Source: Phycisphaeraceae bacterium
GTDB taxonomy: Bacteria > Planctomycetota > Phycisphaerae > Phycisphaerales > Phycisphaeraceae
DNA length: 64,000 nt
Direction: 5' to 3'
Assembly: GCA_963674705.1 (NCBI GenBank)
Contig: OY771506.1
Span: 1,408,001-1,472,000, forward strand
Shown here: in pieces, positions 47,450 to 57,615 of the stretch
Layout: the number at the start of each line of letters is the position of its first letter
Position numbering within the stretch: the first letter of the stretch is position 1
Position numbers and translations under genes: made by a program
The notes under the pieces: generated by a model
What the model was told of the DNA's origin: nothing
Databases searched by the model: none
Seen by the model: the letters and a program-made list of their open reading frames with translations, nothing else

Positions 47450-48598
47450 TCAGCGACGTCGATTTAACAGCAGTGCCGGGCCGGTCAGTCCGAACAGCGC
47501 CAGGGCCGCGGGTTCGGGCATGACAATGACGCCGTTGACGATGGTGGTGCTCCATGAGGTACCCTGATAGTCGAAGGCGATCACACCGTTGGCATCTTCG
47601 CTGAATGTGAGCATGCCGATGCGTACGGTGCCGTCGTATTCATTACCCGAGGTGAACCAACCCGCGCTGACATGTGGTGCCTCCAGGCTGATGGAACCGC
47701 CATTCAGATATTCCGAGTCAGCGATCGCGCTGTTGCTGTCATTGATGACACCTAAGTAAGTATCGAATTCCAATCCCGGGAAGTTGTCGATCAATAGCGA
47801 ATTCGGCGGTGTATCAAAACCGAATTCGTGGTTGTAGACATCGCCGCTGGTCAGATCGACGCGCACGGTCGAGGAGTGCCAGGCTTCCCGGTTGTGGCCG
47901 TTCCAAATGACTTCATTGGCGACATAGCCTTCGGGGACGTCGGGTGAAGAAACAACATTGGTGCTGATGCCGACTTCGGATGGCGCCGGCGGGCCGGGCA
48001 GGACGGGGAACGGTCCGGGTTCGCGGTATTCCGGTGGGTCTACAATCCAACCACTGACGTTGGCAAACGTATCGGCAATGGCTCCGTTCGTGATAGAAAA
48101 TGTGAGTGTCGTCCCGCCGGGCGCCATTAAGGAGCCGGTGCCGGTTGCATCATCACTCATCGTGATCATGCCGATGCGGATATTCCCTGTGTTTGTATGA
48201 TTCGTGTTACCCCAGGTGACGCTCAATTGGGGCGCATCCATGCTAAGCGGGCCGCCCCCCAGGTCGCCGGCTCCGCCGGGGATGTACACGGTACTGTCTC
48301 CCTGGATGCCGACATGCGTATCAAATTCAACCTCCGGAAACAGATCAATTACTACCTGCGGGACGGTGTCATTCCCCCCGTAAGGATGCTGATAGAAGCT
48401 GCCGACCGACAGATCAATGCGTAGCGCATTGCCGGACCAGTCCTCGACACCGCCACCATCCCAGAAGATTTCATTAGCGACGTAGCCTTCGGGGACGTTG
48501 GGATCGGAGATGCTGTGGATACCGAGTACCGCGGCGCTCGCGCTGTTGGCGCAGGTAAACGCGGCGGCGCAAATCATAAGCGTGCTGGCTTTGAACAT
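47450..48598 (-). CDS. PEP-CTERM protein, two domain copies
   Basis: paralog of 46204-47352, same length (382 aa), MPEP tail. Confidence 0.9.
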   Translation of the reverse strand: MFKASTLMICAAAFTCANSASAAVLGIHSISDPNVPEGYVANEIFWDGGGVEDWSGNALRIDLSVGSFYQHPYGGNDTVPQVVIDLFPEVEFDTHVGIQGDSTVYIPGGAGDLGGGPLSMDAPQLSVTWGNTNHTNTGNIRIGMITMSDDATGTGSLMAPGGTTLTFSITNGAIADTFANVSGWIVDPPEYREPGPFPVLPGPPAPSEVGISTNVVSSPDVPEGYVANEVIWNGHNREAWHSSTVRVDLTSGDVYNHEFGFDTPPNSLLIDNFPGLEFDTYLGVINDSNSAIADSEYLNGGSISLEAPHVSAGWFTSGNEYDGTVRIGMLTFSEDANGVIAFDYQGTSWSTTIVNGVIVMPEPAALALFGLTGPALLLNRRR

Positions 48599-48734
48599 TT
48601 TTTCTCTCCTCCTGAAGTGTTTCCTCGGAAAACCGGAACAACGGTCACATCATAAACAGATTGGCCGGTTTTGTTAAGCGCGAAGTGTTAAGAAGTCATA
48701 TATTTTGGGTGATGTCATGTGCGGGCGGGAGGAA

Positions 48735-49493
48735 TCAGCCGTTTACGTTCTGTCCCCACGCCCAATCATTGGGGCCGTTTGGGCTGTCGTATGGCCAGAA
48801 GTTTTCCAATTCTTTGCGCAGGGTCAACAGATCATCATCCACTTCGATGTCATCTGCGGGCCAGAGTTGTTTACAGATATCGCACGCCGCCTGGATTTTT
48901 GGCAGCCCAGCGCAGCGCTCGATCCATTGCTTTAAAGTCTCGGGCCAGAAGTAGCCGTCGCCGAAGATGTCCATCGCGATAAAGCCGACGCTGTAATGCG
49001 TGTCCCAGTCGAAGTCGGACAGAAGGATCGGCCTGACCGAAAGGGAGAGGTGAAACGGTGTGAATGTATTGGGATTTTCTTCACTCTCGGGTGCGATGAG
49101 TAGCGTTTCCACTTCCTCATCCAGCGTCCAGAACATGATGTCGGCGCGTTGGATGGATTGGTTACCGCCTTTGAATTGATTAAATAGGTCGTCGAACGAA
49201 TCCGCGTCGATGTCAACATCGTGATCGTGATTAATAACCCGACTGATCGTGGCGTATGGTTTATTGAAGCTCAACAGCCTTTTCCACCAAGGCGGCGAAA
49301 CGATTTGCATATCATCATCTGTTTTGTGACGCCGGTCGATGCGTTTGCCGTAGTCGACTTCAAAGGTGATCTCGCTTGATGGGTCGACGATGCCGGTGTC
49401 CTTGATGCGCTTAACCCAATCAAGAAGCTGATCGCCCGTTACGACGGGTGGCGGTCCCATTCGATAAAAACGAGCTTCAGACTGGGTGCTCAT
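48735..49493 (-). CDS. hypothetical protein (acidic, Trp-rich)
   Basis: 252-aa ORF, no recognised motif. Confidence 0.6.
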   Translation of the reverse strand: MSTQSEARFYRMGPPPVVTGDQLLDWVKRIKDTGIVDPSSEITFEVDYGKRIDRRHKTDDDMQIVSPPWWKRLLSFNKPYATISRVINHDHDVDIDADSFDDLFNQFKGGNQSIQRADIMFWTLDEEVETLLIAPESEENPNTFTPFHLSLSVRPILLSDFDWDTHYSVGFIAMDIFGDGYFWPETLKQWIERCAGLPKIQAACDICKQLWPADDIEVDDDLLTLRKELENFWPYDSPNGPNDWAWGQNVNG

Positions 49494-49566
49494 AATGATA
49501 TATCCACCGTTAGATTTTTCGGATGCAAGCCAACGGGTTTATACCGGATTCAAACCTGTACGTCAC

Positions 49567-50847
49567 TCAGCCATGCCGCAGGGTTTTGGCAAGGTCTTCG
49601 GGATTGATCGCGGACTGTTCGCCGGAGCTGAGGTCTTTGAGTTGCAGGCCTTGATCTTCAACGATCACAACGAATCGTGCGTTGCTGGCGGCGGCTTCCT
49701 TGAGGAGTTTGCCGACGTTGCGGGTGGTTTTGTAGCTGAAGCGTGTGTGGGTGCCCTGCTGGCGGAGTGTGGTCGCCAGGCTGGGTACGCGTTTGGCGGC
49801 TTCGTCGCTTGCGGCGACGATGAACACATCCGGGGTTGCTTCGACGTTTTTCGGCATCAAGCCTTTATCTTGCATGACAAGCGAGATGACGACGTCGCCC
49901 ATGCCGAAGCCGACGGCGGGCGTGGGTGGGCCGTCAAAGAGTTCGATGAGTTTGTCGTATCGTCCGCCGCCTGCGACAGCGCGTTCAGCGCCGGAGACTT
50001 CGTGTACTTCGAAGACGGTGCCGGTGTAGTAGGCGAGACCGCGCACGATACCCAGGTCGTACTCGCACCATTCGGCGAGGCCGAACGCTTGCAGTTGCTC
50101 ATCGAGCGCGTGCAGGTCTTCGAGGCCCGTCTCCATACCGAGGCTTCGGCCCAGGTGGTCGATGTCGCCTGCGGGGTACTTGCGCCTGCACATCTGTTCG
50201 AGCCGATCGACCTTGAATTCATCGAGCCCGAGCTCGGTGGCTTCCTTGACGAAGTCTTCGTGCGGGATTTTTTCCCGGCGGTCGAGCAGCGCAAAGGCGT
50301 CCATCATGTTTTCGTCCGGCACACCGAGCCGTGCGAGCAGTTGCTTGACGACTTCACGGTGGCTGAGCTTGAACTTCAGGTGCGTTGGCTCGAGGCCGAC
50401 GGATTGGAAGAAGTCGACGGCGGTGGCGATGACTTCGGCATCCGCGCTGGCGTCGTCGACACCGAGCATGTCGATGTTCCACTGCCAATGCTCACGGACC
50501 CGGCCTCGCTGCGGACGTTCGGCGCGGCAGAGGTTGGGCGTGCAGAACCATTTGATCGGTTTGGGCAGGCTGTTTGCCTTGGCGGCGACCATGCGTGCGA
50601 GTGTTGGCGTGAACTCGGGACGGATCGCCAGTTCCCGGCCGCCGCGGTCTTCAAAGTGGAACAACTCCGAGACAATCCCGTCACCGCTTTTGGCTTTGTA
50701 GAGTTCGAGCGATTCGTAGATCGGGCCGTCGACCTGCTCGAACCCGTTTCTGATCGACACCTTCCGCCAGGCATCGATCAGGAAGTTGCGCCAAGCCATA
50801 TCAGCGGGGTAGAAGTCGCGAGTGCCTCGGGGGGATTGGTATTTCAT
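49567..50847 (-). CDS. hisS: histidyl-tRNA synthetase
   Basis: PRGTRDF, RPEFTP, RAERPQRGR.REH.Q, VRGLAYYTG, GGGRYD. Confidence 0.97.
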   Translation of the reverse strand: MKYQSPRGTRDFYPADMAWRNFLIDAWRKVSIRNGFEQVDGPIYESLELYKAKSGDGIVSELFHFEDRGGRELAIRPEFTPTLARMVAAKANSLPKPIKWFCTPNLCRAERPQRGRVREHWQWNIDMLGVDDASADAEVIATAVDFFQSVGLEPTHLKFKLSHREVVKQLLARLGVPDENMMDAFALLDRREKIPHEDFVKEATELGLDEFKVDRLEQMCRRKYPAGDIDHLGRSLGMETGLEDLHALDEQLQAFGLAEWCEYDLGIVRGLAYYTGTVFEVHEVSGAERAVAGGGRYDKLIELFDGPPTPAVGFGMGDVVISLVMQDKGLMPKNVEATPDVFIVAASDEAAKRVPSLATTLRQQGTHTRFSYKTTRNVGKLLKEAAASNARFVVIVEDQGLQLKDLSSGEQSAINPEDLAKTLRHG

Positions 50848-50963
50848 GTCAAGTAGGCTTGAGGCTTGAGGGATGAGTCTTGAGGTTCGGATTTCTAATT
50901 GTTTGTTGCGATTGTCGGGGACACATATCAGCGATTAGCGATTAAAAATTAGCAATTCAACTT

Positions 50964-51806
50964 TTACTTCGCCGCTACGATGTATGCGATCCAGCAGGGT
51001 TCGCTGCCGGCGTTTTCGGTGCGTGTCCAGTTGCCGTCGCCGTCGCCGTCATCATCCGTGCCTTCCCAGTAGACGTACGAGGCGCTGAAGCCGGCTTCGG
51101 CGAGCAGCTCGCGGACTTCGGGGATGGTCCAGAACCGCCAGTGGTATTCGAATGCTTTATCCAGCTTGCTGCCGTCCTTGAACTTGAAGTGGATGTAGTA
51201 GCTGGCTTCGTGGGTGATCGGGTTGTACCGGGCCTGTTCCCAGATGTATTTGAACGAGCCGATCTTGCGGACGTCGGTTTCGTCTTCGGTGATGCATTCG
51301 CCGCCGCCCATCATGTCCAGAACCATGAGGCCTTCCTCGGCCAGGTTCTTGTGGGCGATCTTGAAGTAGTTGACCAGCTCTTCGCGTGTCTTGAAGTACC
51401 AGAAAGAGAAGTTCTGGGCGGCGAGGATGTCGGCCGGGGGCGTGGTGTTGGAGCGGACATCGTCCTGGATGAGCGTAACACGTTGCTGCTCAGAGGGCTT
51501 GAGCTTAGCGAGGTTGTTAGCCTTACCCCAGTCCAGCGGTTCGGAGTCCAGATCGATGCCGAAGGCGGTGCGGCCGGGCTGTTTGACCCATTCGCAGCAG
51601 ACGGCGAAGGTGCCGCAGAAGTCCTCGCGGAGGACCTTGGGCTTGCGACCGAAGGCTTCGTTGAAGGCCTGGTCGAAGAACTCGATCTCGTGCTCGGGCT
51701 CCTGGACGGACTTCTGATACAGCTTGTACTTATCGGCCTTCTCGGCGAGGGTCTGTTTGGACTTGCCTTTACCCTTGCCCTTCTTTTTCGTGGCGGTCTT
51801 ACTCAT
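50964..51806 (-). CDS. class I SAM-dependent methyltransferase
   Basis: LREDFCGT, GIDLD, NFSFWYF. Confidence 0.85.
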   Translation of the reverse strand: MSKTATKKKGKGKGKSKQTLAEKADKYKLYQKSVQEPEHEIEFFDQAFNEAFGRKPKVLREDFCGTFAVCCEWVKQPGRTAFGIDLDSEPLDWGKANNLAKLKPSEQQRVTLIQDDVRSNTTPPADILAAQNFSFWYFKTREELVNYFKIAHKNLAEEGLMVLDMMGGGECITEDETDVRKIGSFKYIWEQARYNPITHEASYYIHFKFKDGSKLDKAFEYHWRFWTIPEVRELLAEAGFSASYVYWEGTDDDGDGDGNWTRTENAGSEPCWIAYIVAAK

Positions 51807-51842
51807 GTGGGCATCATATAGACTTCAGCGGCGCGTACAATC

Positions 51843-52502
51843 ATGGGCATGAGGATCATCGCAGGCACCCATCGCGGCAGACGGCTCATCCCGCCTAAGG
51901 ACCAGAATACGACCCGCCCGATCACCGATCGCGTCAAGCAGAGCCTGTTCGACCGGTTATGGTCGATGGGCGTCCTGCCCCCGGAAGCGCCCCCGGAAGT
52001 GGACCCCGAGATGCCGGATGAGGCTGGTGGTGGGGATCAGCCGGAAAAGTTTCCGGGGGTGCCGGGGGCGGCACTGGATATTTTTTGCGGGACGGGGAGC
52101 CTGGGGCTGGAGGCCTTGTCCCGTGGGATTGAGCACTGCACGTTCGTGGATATGGATCGCGACGCGATCAGCCGGCTGAACAAGAACCTGACGGATACGG
52201 GTTTGGCCGACCGGGCCCGTGTGGTCAAAGGCAGCGCCTTGAGCCCGATCTGGCTGGGACAGGTTAAGGCAGGCACTATCAGCGTGATATTTCTGGATCC
52301 CCCCTACGCCATGGCCGAGGACGAAAAGGGCCGGTGTGATCTTGAACGTTTGATGACAGAACTGGCGCGCGTCGCGAGTGACGATTGCGTGCTGTCTTAT
52401 CGCACAAGCAAACACATCACCCCCCCACCGGCCGATGGCTGGAACGGGCCGACGAGTCATCACTATGGATCGATGGCGCTGCATTTTTATGAACGGGGGT
52501 AA
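51843..52502 (+). CDS. rsmD: RsmD-family rRNA methyltransferase
   Basis: MRIIAG..RGR.L, TRPITDRVK, LDIFCGTGSLGLEALSRG, FLDPPY. Confidence 0.92.
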   Translation: MGMRIIAGTHRGRRLIPPKDQNTTRPITDRVKQSLFDRLWSMGVLPPEAPPEVDPEMPDEAGGGDQPEKFPGVPGAALDIFCGTGSLGLEALSRGIEHCTFVDMDRDAISRLNKNLTDTGLADRARVVKGSALSPIWLGQVKAGTISVIFLDPPYAMAEDEKGRCDLERLMTELARVASDDCVLSYRTSKHITPPPADGWNGPTSHHYGSMALHFYERG

Positions 52503-52512
52503 GGTGTAAAAC

Positions 52513-53211
52513 ATGACAGATTCCGATCTACCTACCGGATGGATGTGCTGCGTTCAGTGCATCTTCAAGCCGTGGCAGATAGCGAGGCTGTCGTTCAGGG
52601 TTGGTTTAGTGACAGCAGGCACCTGGGGCGCAATGGCCTTGGTATGGCATGTGACCACACTATTATTCCTCTTTAATGAGTGGTCCTATGATCGTGTAAA
52701 GGGGCGTACGTTACTGGGTACCCCATATGGGTTTCTTCAGGTAAGTTTCTGGGTCTCGATTTTCGTTATCTGTTTTTACGTCCTGCTGTTTATGCTGCCG
52801 GCTTTGTATATGAGGCGGGATAAACATCAAGCGGTCGTATTCGTGCATTCACTTTTAGGTATGTTGTTGCCGTTTACAGTATGGGCGGACCTGGCGGTTT
52901 TTGTTTTCTGGTCGACCCGGGGCGTTGATATTGGCAATAGTATTATCCGGCAGATAGGCGAATCTGTATTAGGCCAGATAATAACATCGTGTGTCTGGTT
53001 GCCGATCCTTGTAGTCTGTTGGGTGGCGTTGTTGGTATATGGGATGAGGTCGGCGGCTGCAATCGCTGCCAAACGGAATCAATCTGTCTGTGATTGTGGC
53101 TATGACCTGCGAGGCAGTATTGCGGGTGGGTCGAAGAAGTGCCCTGAATGTGGTGATGATATACCTGAACGCATGCTGGACAAGCCACCTTCAATCCACG
53201 TGGATAGTTGA
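52513..53211 (+). CDS. multi-TM protein with C-terminal zinc ribbon
   Basis: four TM segments then CDCGYDLRG...CPECG. Confidence 0.75.
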   Translation: MTDSDLPTGWMCCVQCIFKPWQIARLSFRVGLVTAGTWGAMALVWHVTTLLFLFNEWSYDRVKGRTLLGTPYGFLQVSFWVSIFVICFYVLLFMLPALYMRRDKHQAVVFVHSLLGMLLPFTVWADLAVFVFWSTRGVDIGNSIIRQIGESVLGQIITSCVWLPILVVCWVALLVYGMRSAAAIAAKRNQSVCDCGYDLRGSIAGGSKKCPECGDDIPERMLDKPPSIHVDS

Positions 53212-53222
53212 CATTACGCGCC

Positions 53223-53894
53223 TCACCACCCCACTGCGCGCATGATCGTCTGGACTACTTCAACATACGCATTGGTAAACGCTTCCTGTCGGAAGAAGGT
53301 GGTTTCCATGCCGGGTTTGCCGATGAACGGGCGCAGGGTCCAGCCCATCTGGATGCCGACGAAGGCGTAGATGACCAGCCAGAGCCGGACCATGACGCGG
53401 TGGCGCGGGTTCTTTTTAATCAGTGGGCGGTAGAGGCGCAGCAGCACGAGTTGTGCGGTGATGCTCGCACAGCCGAACATGAACGCGTTGAAGAGCTTGG
53501 CGACTTCGTAGTCGGCGAAGGACAGGTACCACAGCGCGGTGAATGGTGCGAAGGAGGCAAGGATGACAGTGAGCGCCGCCTGCGTAGAGATCAATAAGCG
53601 GATGACTTGAGCGAAGTCGCTGCGCAGGCCCATGAGGGTGTTGATGACGAAGAAGCTCGGCAGGCTGAGCAGGAAGGTTGCCGCGAGCAGGACCGGGACC
53701 TTGGTTGCGGAGTAGAGGATCTGCTGGAAGCGGTCGGGCGTGATCCCGCCGAAGCTGCCCATGACGATGCCGTACGTTAAGCCGAAGACGATCATCCAGA
53801 GGATGATCTGCCGGTGTCTGGGTGCGCGCTCGAGCGAGAATTGCATCCGGGCGCGCAGCAGGTCGTCGATGTTGTTCAGAGCCTGGCGGGTCAA
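53223..53894 (-). CDS. conserved membrane protein, paralog A
   Basis: KVP.L...T....LPS.FV.N; C-terminal QMGWTLRPFIG. Confidence 0.8.
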   Translation of the reverse strand: MTRQALNNIDDLLRARMQFSLERAPRHRQIILWMIVFGLTYGIVMGSFGGITPDRFQQILYSATKVPVLLAATFLLSLPSFFVINTLMGLRSDFAQVIRLLISTQAALTVILASFAPFTALWYLSFADYEVAKLFNAFMFGCASITAQLVLLRLYRPLIKKNPRHRVMVRLWLVIYAFVGIQMGWTLRPFIGKPGMETTFFRQEAFTNAYVEVVQTIMRAVGW

Positions 53895-53909
53895 CGGGGT
53901 TCGCCTTGT

Positions 53910-54743
53910 TTACATGCCGAACAGTTTGCCGATCGAATCGATGACATCGAGGAAGAAGTTGCTTTCCCGGGCGCGGAACCAGGTGAAAGGCATATCGGGC
54001 GAGCCGATGAAGGGCCGAAGCACCCAGCTCATCTGTGCGCCAACGAGCGAGAAGACGATGATCCAGATGCGGAAGACGGAGCGAGCTTTTTCCGTCGTGC
54101 CGTAGCCGACCTGATCCAGCGCGCTGGTGTTGTCATCCTCGTCCACTTCGATTAGTTCAACAGGAACGTCTTGGTCATTGGAGGTTTCTATTTTCGACGC
54201 GGGTGCGATGCCTTTGCGATCGACTTCGATCTGTGCCAGCACCAGCCGATGCAGCGTGCGCAGCAGGAAGGCGAGGCCAAGGAAGCCGGCAAGCGCCGCG
54301 ACCACGACGTTCAACAGCTTCATGAACGGGTAGCTGTCGGTGCTGACGCTGAAGAACACAACGATCGGCCCGAACGATGCAAGCACGGCCAGCATGACAC
54401 CAAGCATCGAGATCAGCAGGCGGATCACCGACAGTACGGAAAGGCGTGAGCCGACCAGCGCGTTGAAAACGTAGAGCGAAGGCAGCGTGATCAAGAGCGT
54501 GAGGAAAAAGAGCAGGGGCAGCTTCACCGCACTTGCGAGCATCTGCCAGTATGCATCCGCGCTTGCGCCGCCGGTGCGGATCATGGCGTAAGCACCCATG
54601 CAGATGCCGTAGGTTGCCCCGAGCAGGATGGTGATGACCGTCACCCCGCCGACAGGCGTTTCGATCTTGCCGTGCTTAAGCGCGGACATGCGTGTGGCGT
54701 CGCCGCGTAAGATCCCATCCAACTGCTTGATCCATCGAATCAT
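53910..54743 (-). CDS. conserved membrane protein, paralog B
   Basis: KLPLLF.LT..ITLPSLYVFN; C-terminal QMSWVLRPFIG. Confidence 0.8.
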   Translation of the reverse strand: MIRWIKQLDGILRGDATRMSALKHGKIETPVGGVTVITILLGATYGICMGAYAMIRTGGASADAYWQMLASAVKLPLLFFLTLLITLPSLYVFNALVGSRLSVLSVIRLLISMLGVMLAVLASFGPIVVFFSVSTDSYPFMKLLNVVVAALAGFLGLAFLLRTLHRLVLAQIEVDRKGIAPASKIETSNDQDVPVELIEVDEDDNTSALDQVGYGTTEKARSVFRIWIIVFSLVGAQMSWVLRPFIGSPDMPFTWFRARESNFFLDVIDSIGKLFGM

Positions 54744-55141
54744 GACGTCGTCTCCAGAAGATGTGCCACCCCGCGAATACGAATGCGGTTAGAGGTGAGC
54801 CGGAAGTCGGGTTACATCATCACATACGTGGGGCTGGGATGCAATGGTTCGGCTTCGGGGTGAGAAATATCTATGAAGATTAGCCACGAGAAGGCACAGA
54901 ATTCACAAAAAGGGCTGTTGTTTGAAGCAAAGGCCACGCTCGATCTTACATGTCGTGAATAATCGAGCTAAAACTTATCGATGTGACATTAATCAGCCCT
55001 TTTGCGCCTTTTTGTGGCTCTACCTTGGCTCGATCATGTTTTTGTCTTTTAATCCACATCCCGCTACCATTGCCGTGGCTCCGATCAAAGCCCTGACCCT
55101 TATGGCTCACAAATAGCATCCGTGGGCTTCGAAGGGATAAG

Positions 55142-56659
55142 ATGTTTACCAATCTATCTGACAAGTTCGAGGGCGCGCTGCGCCGATTGTCCGGGCGGGG
55201 GAAGATCAGTGAATCCAATGTCCGTGAGGCGATGGAAGAGGTGCGGACCGCGCTGCTCGAGGCAGACGTGCATTATGAAGTCGTCGAGGACTTCACCGAA
55301 TCGGTCCTGAAGCAGGCGGTCGGCGAAGCGGTGCTCAGTTCGCTCAAGCCGGCACAGCAGATGATCAAAATTGTCAATGATGAACTGGTCCGCGTGCTGG
55401 GCGGTGAGGATGACGATACGGCGGCGGACCCGATGGCGCCGGAGCAGCCGCCGATCATGTACGTGCATCCCGGGCCGACCGTCATCATGATGGCTGGGTT
55501 GCAAGGTTCGGGTAAGACGACGACGTGCGGCAAGCTGGCGGGCTATTTAAAGAAGCGTGACAAGAATGTCATGCTATGTGCGGCCGACCTTCAGCGCCCC
55601 GCTGCTGTCAAGCAGTTGGAAGTTATCGCCAACCAGGTTCAGGAAGAAGCGCCGGGCTCGGGCAGCGTGCATTTTTATTCCGAGCCTGACAAGGTCGCGG
55701 AATACGGCAAGGCTGTCGGTGCTGCGGTCGCTGTTTGCCGAAACGCACTCAAGGCGGCGAGAGACACGGGCTGCGATGTGCTCGTACTCGATACCGCGGG
55801 ACGTTTGCACGTCAATGACGATCTGATGGGTGAACTTCGGCAGGTCAATACAGCGGTGCAGCCGCACCAGATCCTGCTTGTGATCGATGCGATGACAGGT
55901 CAGGACGCGGTCAACTCCGCCAAGGCGTTCAACGATCAGCTTGAACTGGACGGCGTGATCCTGACGAAGTTCGACTCGGACACGCGCGGCGGGGCCGCCC
56001 TTTCGGTTAAGCAGATCACCGGTAAGCCGATCAAGTTCATCGGCGTCGGCGAGAAGCTCGATGCACTCGAGGCGTTCCACCCCCACCGGATCGCGTCGCG
56101 CATCCTCGGCATGGGTGACGTCGTCAGCCTCGTCGAAAAAGCGCAGGAGCAGGTCAGCGAAGAAGAAGCCCTGGCCATGCAGGACAAGATCGCGCAGGGG
56201 AAGATGACGATGGACGACTTCCTCAAGCAGCTTCGCATGATGCGCCGCATGGGCTCAATGAAGTCGCTGCTTGGGATGCTTCCCGGTATCGGCAGCCAAC
56301 TGAAGGACATCAACCTCGACGACCGCGAAATAGATCGGACCGAAGCGATTATCCAGTCGATGACGTCGCAGGAGCGCAAGGACATCGATGTCCTGACCGC
56401 CAGCAGACGTCGGCGCGTCGCCAAGGGATCAGGCACGGACCAGGCAGCGGTGGGCAAGCTCGTTAAGGGTTTCGAGATGATCTCGAAAATGGGCAAGCAG
56501 ATGTCCGGCATGGGCGCGCTTGGCAAGCTCAAGGCCATGCGCGGCATGGACCCAGCGATGATGGGCGGCATGGGGGGCATGGGCGGCATGCCCAAGATGA
56601 AGGGCTCGACGAAGCAGCCCAAGCCGAAGTACAAGCAGCGGAAACGTAAGCGGCGGTAG
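55142..56659 (+). CDS. ffh: signal recognition particle protein
   Basis: ALLEADV, GLQGSGKTTT, DTAGR, TKFDSDTRGGAALS, RILGMGD, Met-rich M domain. Confidence 0.98.
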   Translation: MFTNLSDKFEGALRRLSGRGKISESNVREAMEEVRTALLEADVHYEVVEDFTESVLKQAVGEAVLSSLKPAQQMIKIVNDELVRVLGGEDDDTAADPMAPEQPPIMYVHPGPTVIMMAGLQGSGKTTTCGKLAGYLKKRDKNVMLCAADLQRPAAVKQLEVIANQVQEEAPGSGSVHFYSEPDKVAEYGKAVGAAVAVCRNALKAARDTGCDVLVLDTAGRLHVNDDLMGELRQVNTAVQPHQILLVIDAMTGQDAVNSAKAFNDQLELDGVILTKFDSDTRGGAALSVKQITGKPIKFIGVGEKLDALEAFHPHRIASRILGMGDVVSLVEKAQEQVSEEEALAMQDKIAQGKMTMDDFLKQLRMMRRMGSMKSLLGMLPGIGSQLKDINLDDREIDRTEAIIQSMTSQERKDIDVLTASRRRRVAKGSGTDQAAVGKLVKGFEMISKMGKQMSGMGALGKLKAMRGMDPAMMGGMGGMGGMPKMKGSTKQPKPKYKQRKRKRR

Positions 56660-56669
56660 GAGTCAAAAC

Positions 56670-57257
56670 ATGTCCACCCAGACGGCGCAGACTGTGGTCT
56701 TAATCATCAGCATTGCCGCGGCGGTTGTTTGGCTTACAGCGGTGTGTTTGTGGTGGTTCACCCGGCGTCCGAAAAAGACGGAGCCTGTCAGCCGACGGCT
56801 GCCGGATAAGCAGGTGACGGAGGTGCGCGATTCACTTTCGCGTGCCGCAGCGTTGATGGTCCCGCCTTGTGAGTTGATCGGCGGCGATTCTGATGGGGCG
56901 ATGTTCCGTCTCATGCTGCCCGGCAAGCCGGAGATGCTTGTCGAGGTCGGATCGGATGATCGGGGGATTACGGTGGCGACGGCTGAACTGACCAGTCAGG
57001 AAGCGCCGCTCTGGTATCGATTGCTGATGCCGATCTGGCTGGGGCTGACTTTTGTGATTGGTGTGGTTGGGGTGTGGCTGATGCTGACGCTTGTCGTGCC
57101 GCACCAGGACCCGAACGTGCGTGGCCAGGCGATGCAGATGTTGCAGATAACGCACTTTATTTGGCCGCCATTCATGTTTTTGGCGATCCGTAAGGTCTTG
57201 CAATGGATAACGTTGAAGCAGCGGGATCGTTTTCTGACGACATTGGAACTGCTTTAA
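56670..57257 (+). CDS. hypothetical membrane protein
   Basis: three hydrophobic segments, AGGAG RBS, 10 bp downstream of ffh. Confidence 0.7.
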   Translation: MSTQTAQTVVLIISIAAAVVWLTAVCLWWFTRRPKKTEPVSRRLPDKQVTEVRDSLSRAAALMVPPCELIGGDSDGAMFRLMLPGKPEMLVEVGSDDRGITVATAELTSQEAPLWYRLLMPIWLGLTFVIGVVGVWLMLTLVVPHQDPNVRGQAMQMLQITHFIWPPFMFLAIRKVLQWITLKQRDRFLTTLELL

Positions 57258-57346
57258 AAGCCAGTCTGTTCCCTGTGCATCCTGCTGTCATGCAACGGGA
57301 TTTTCGTTTTGTGTATTCACCGGGTATTTGCCAGGGGCGGGCACTT

Positions 57347-57375
57347 TTGATCCTTGCCGAATAAGCCGATATAGT
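57347..57375 (+). promoter_or_regulatory. sigma70-type promoter upstream of the valS leader
   Basis: TTGATC-N17-TATAGT; expected start site near A57382. Confidence 0.6.
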
Positions 57376-57381
57376 CATTTC

Positions 57382-57426
57382 ATGATGTATGTGACACGCC
57401 GAACCCGAAGCGTCGCCGTTATCTGA
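57382..57426 (+). CDS. candidate valS leader peptide (MMYVTRRTRSVAVI)
   Basis: 14 aa, 3 Val codons (GTG, GTC, GTT), ATG at the predicted transcription start. Confidence 0.5.
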   Translation: MMYVTRRTRSVAVI

Positions 57427-57615
57427 GGGGACGACCCCCACTTTTCCCCGCCGTTCTCGGCACACGTTATCCTTATAGCTTCAAAATCAGGCCCGGAAGC
57501 CCTGTTGTTGCGGGGTGTATGCAACCCGCGGCAGCTTCGCAGCCTACGGCTTGGCCTGATGTGAATAGGAACGAACTCAGAGCTCCGCACTCATCCCTCA
57601 GCAATCGATAGACCC

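Noticed and set aside
49486..50856. 456-aa plus-strand ORF and similar long antisense ORFs opposite ileS, valS, ffh and yhaM
   Set aside because: Shadow ORFs expected opposite GC-rich genes; the other strand carries the recognisable protein.
50848..50963. His-rich leader peptide upstream of hisS
   Set aside because: The spacer consists of heptamer modules with no His-codon run or terminator.
57487..57510. SRP RNA (ffs) near ffh, suggested by TCAGGCCCGGAAG
   Set aside because: The following bases do not complete the helix-8 motif (GGAAG..AGCAG) and there is no long closing stem.
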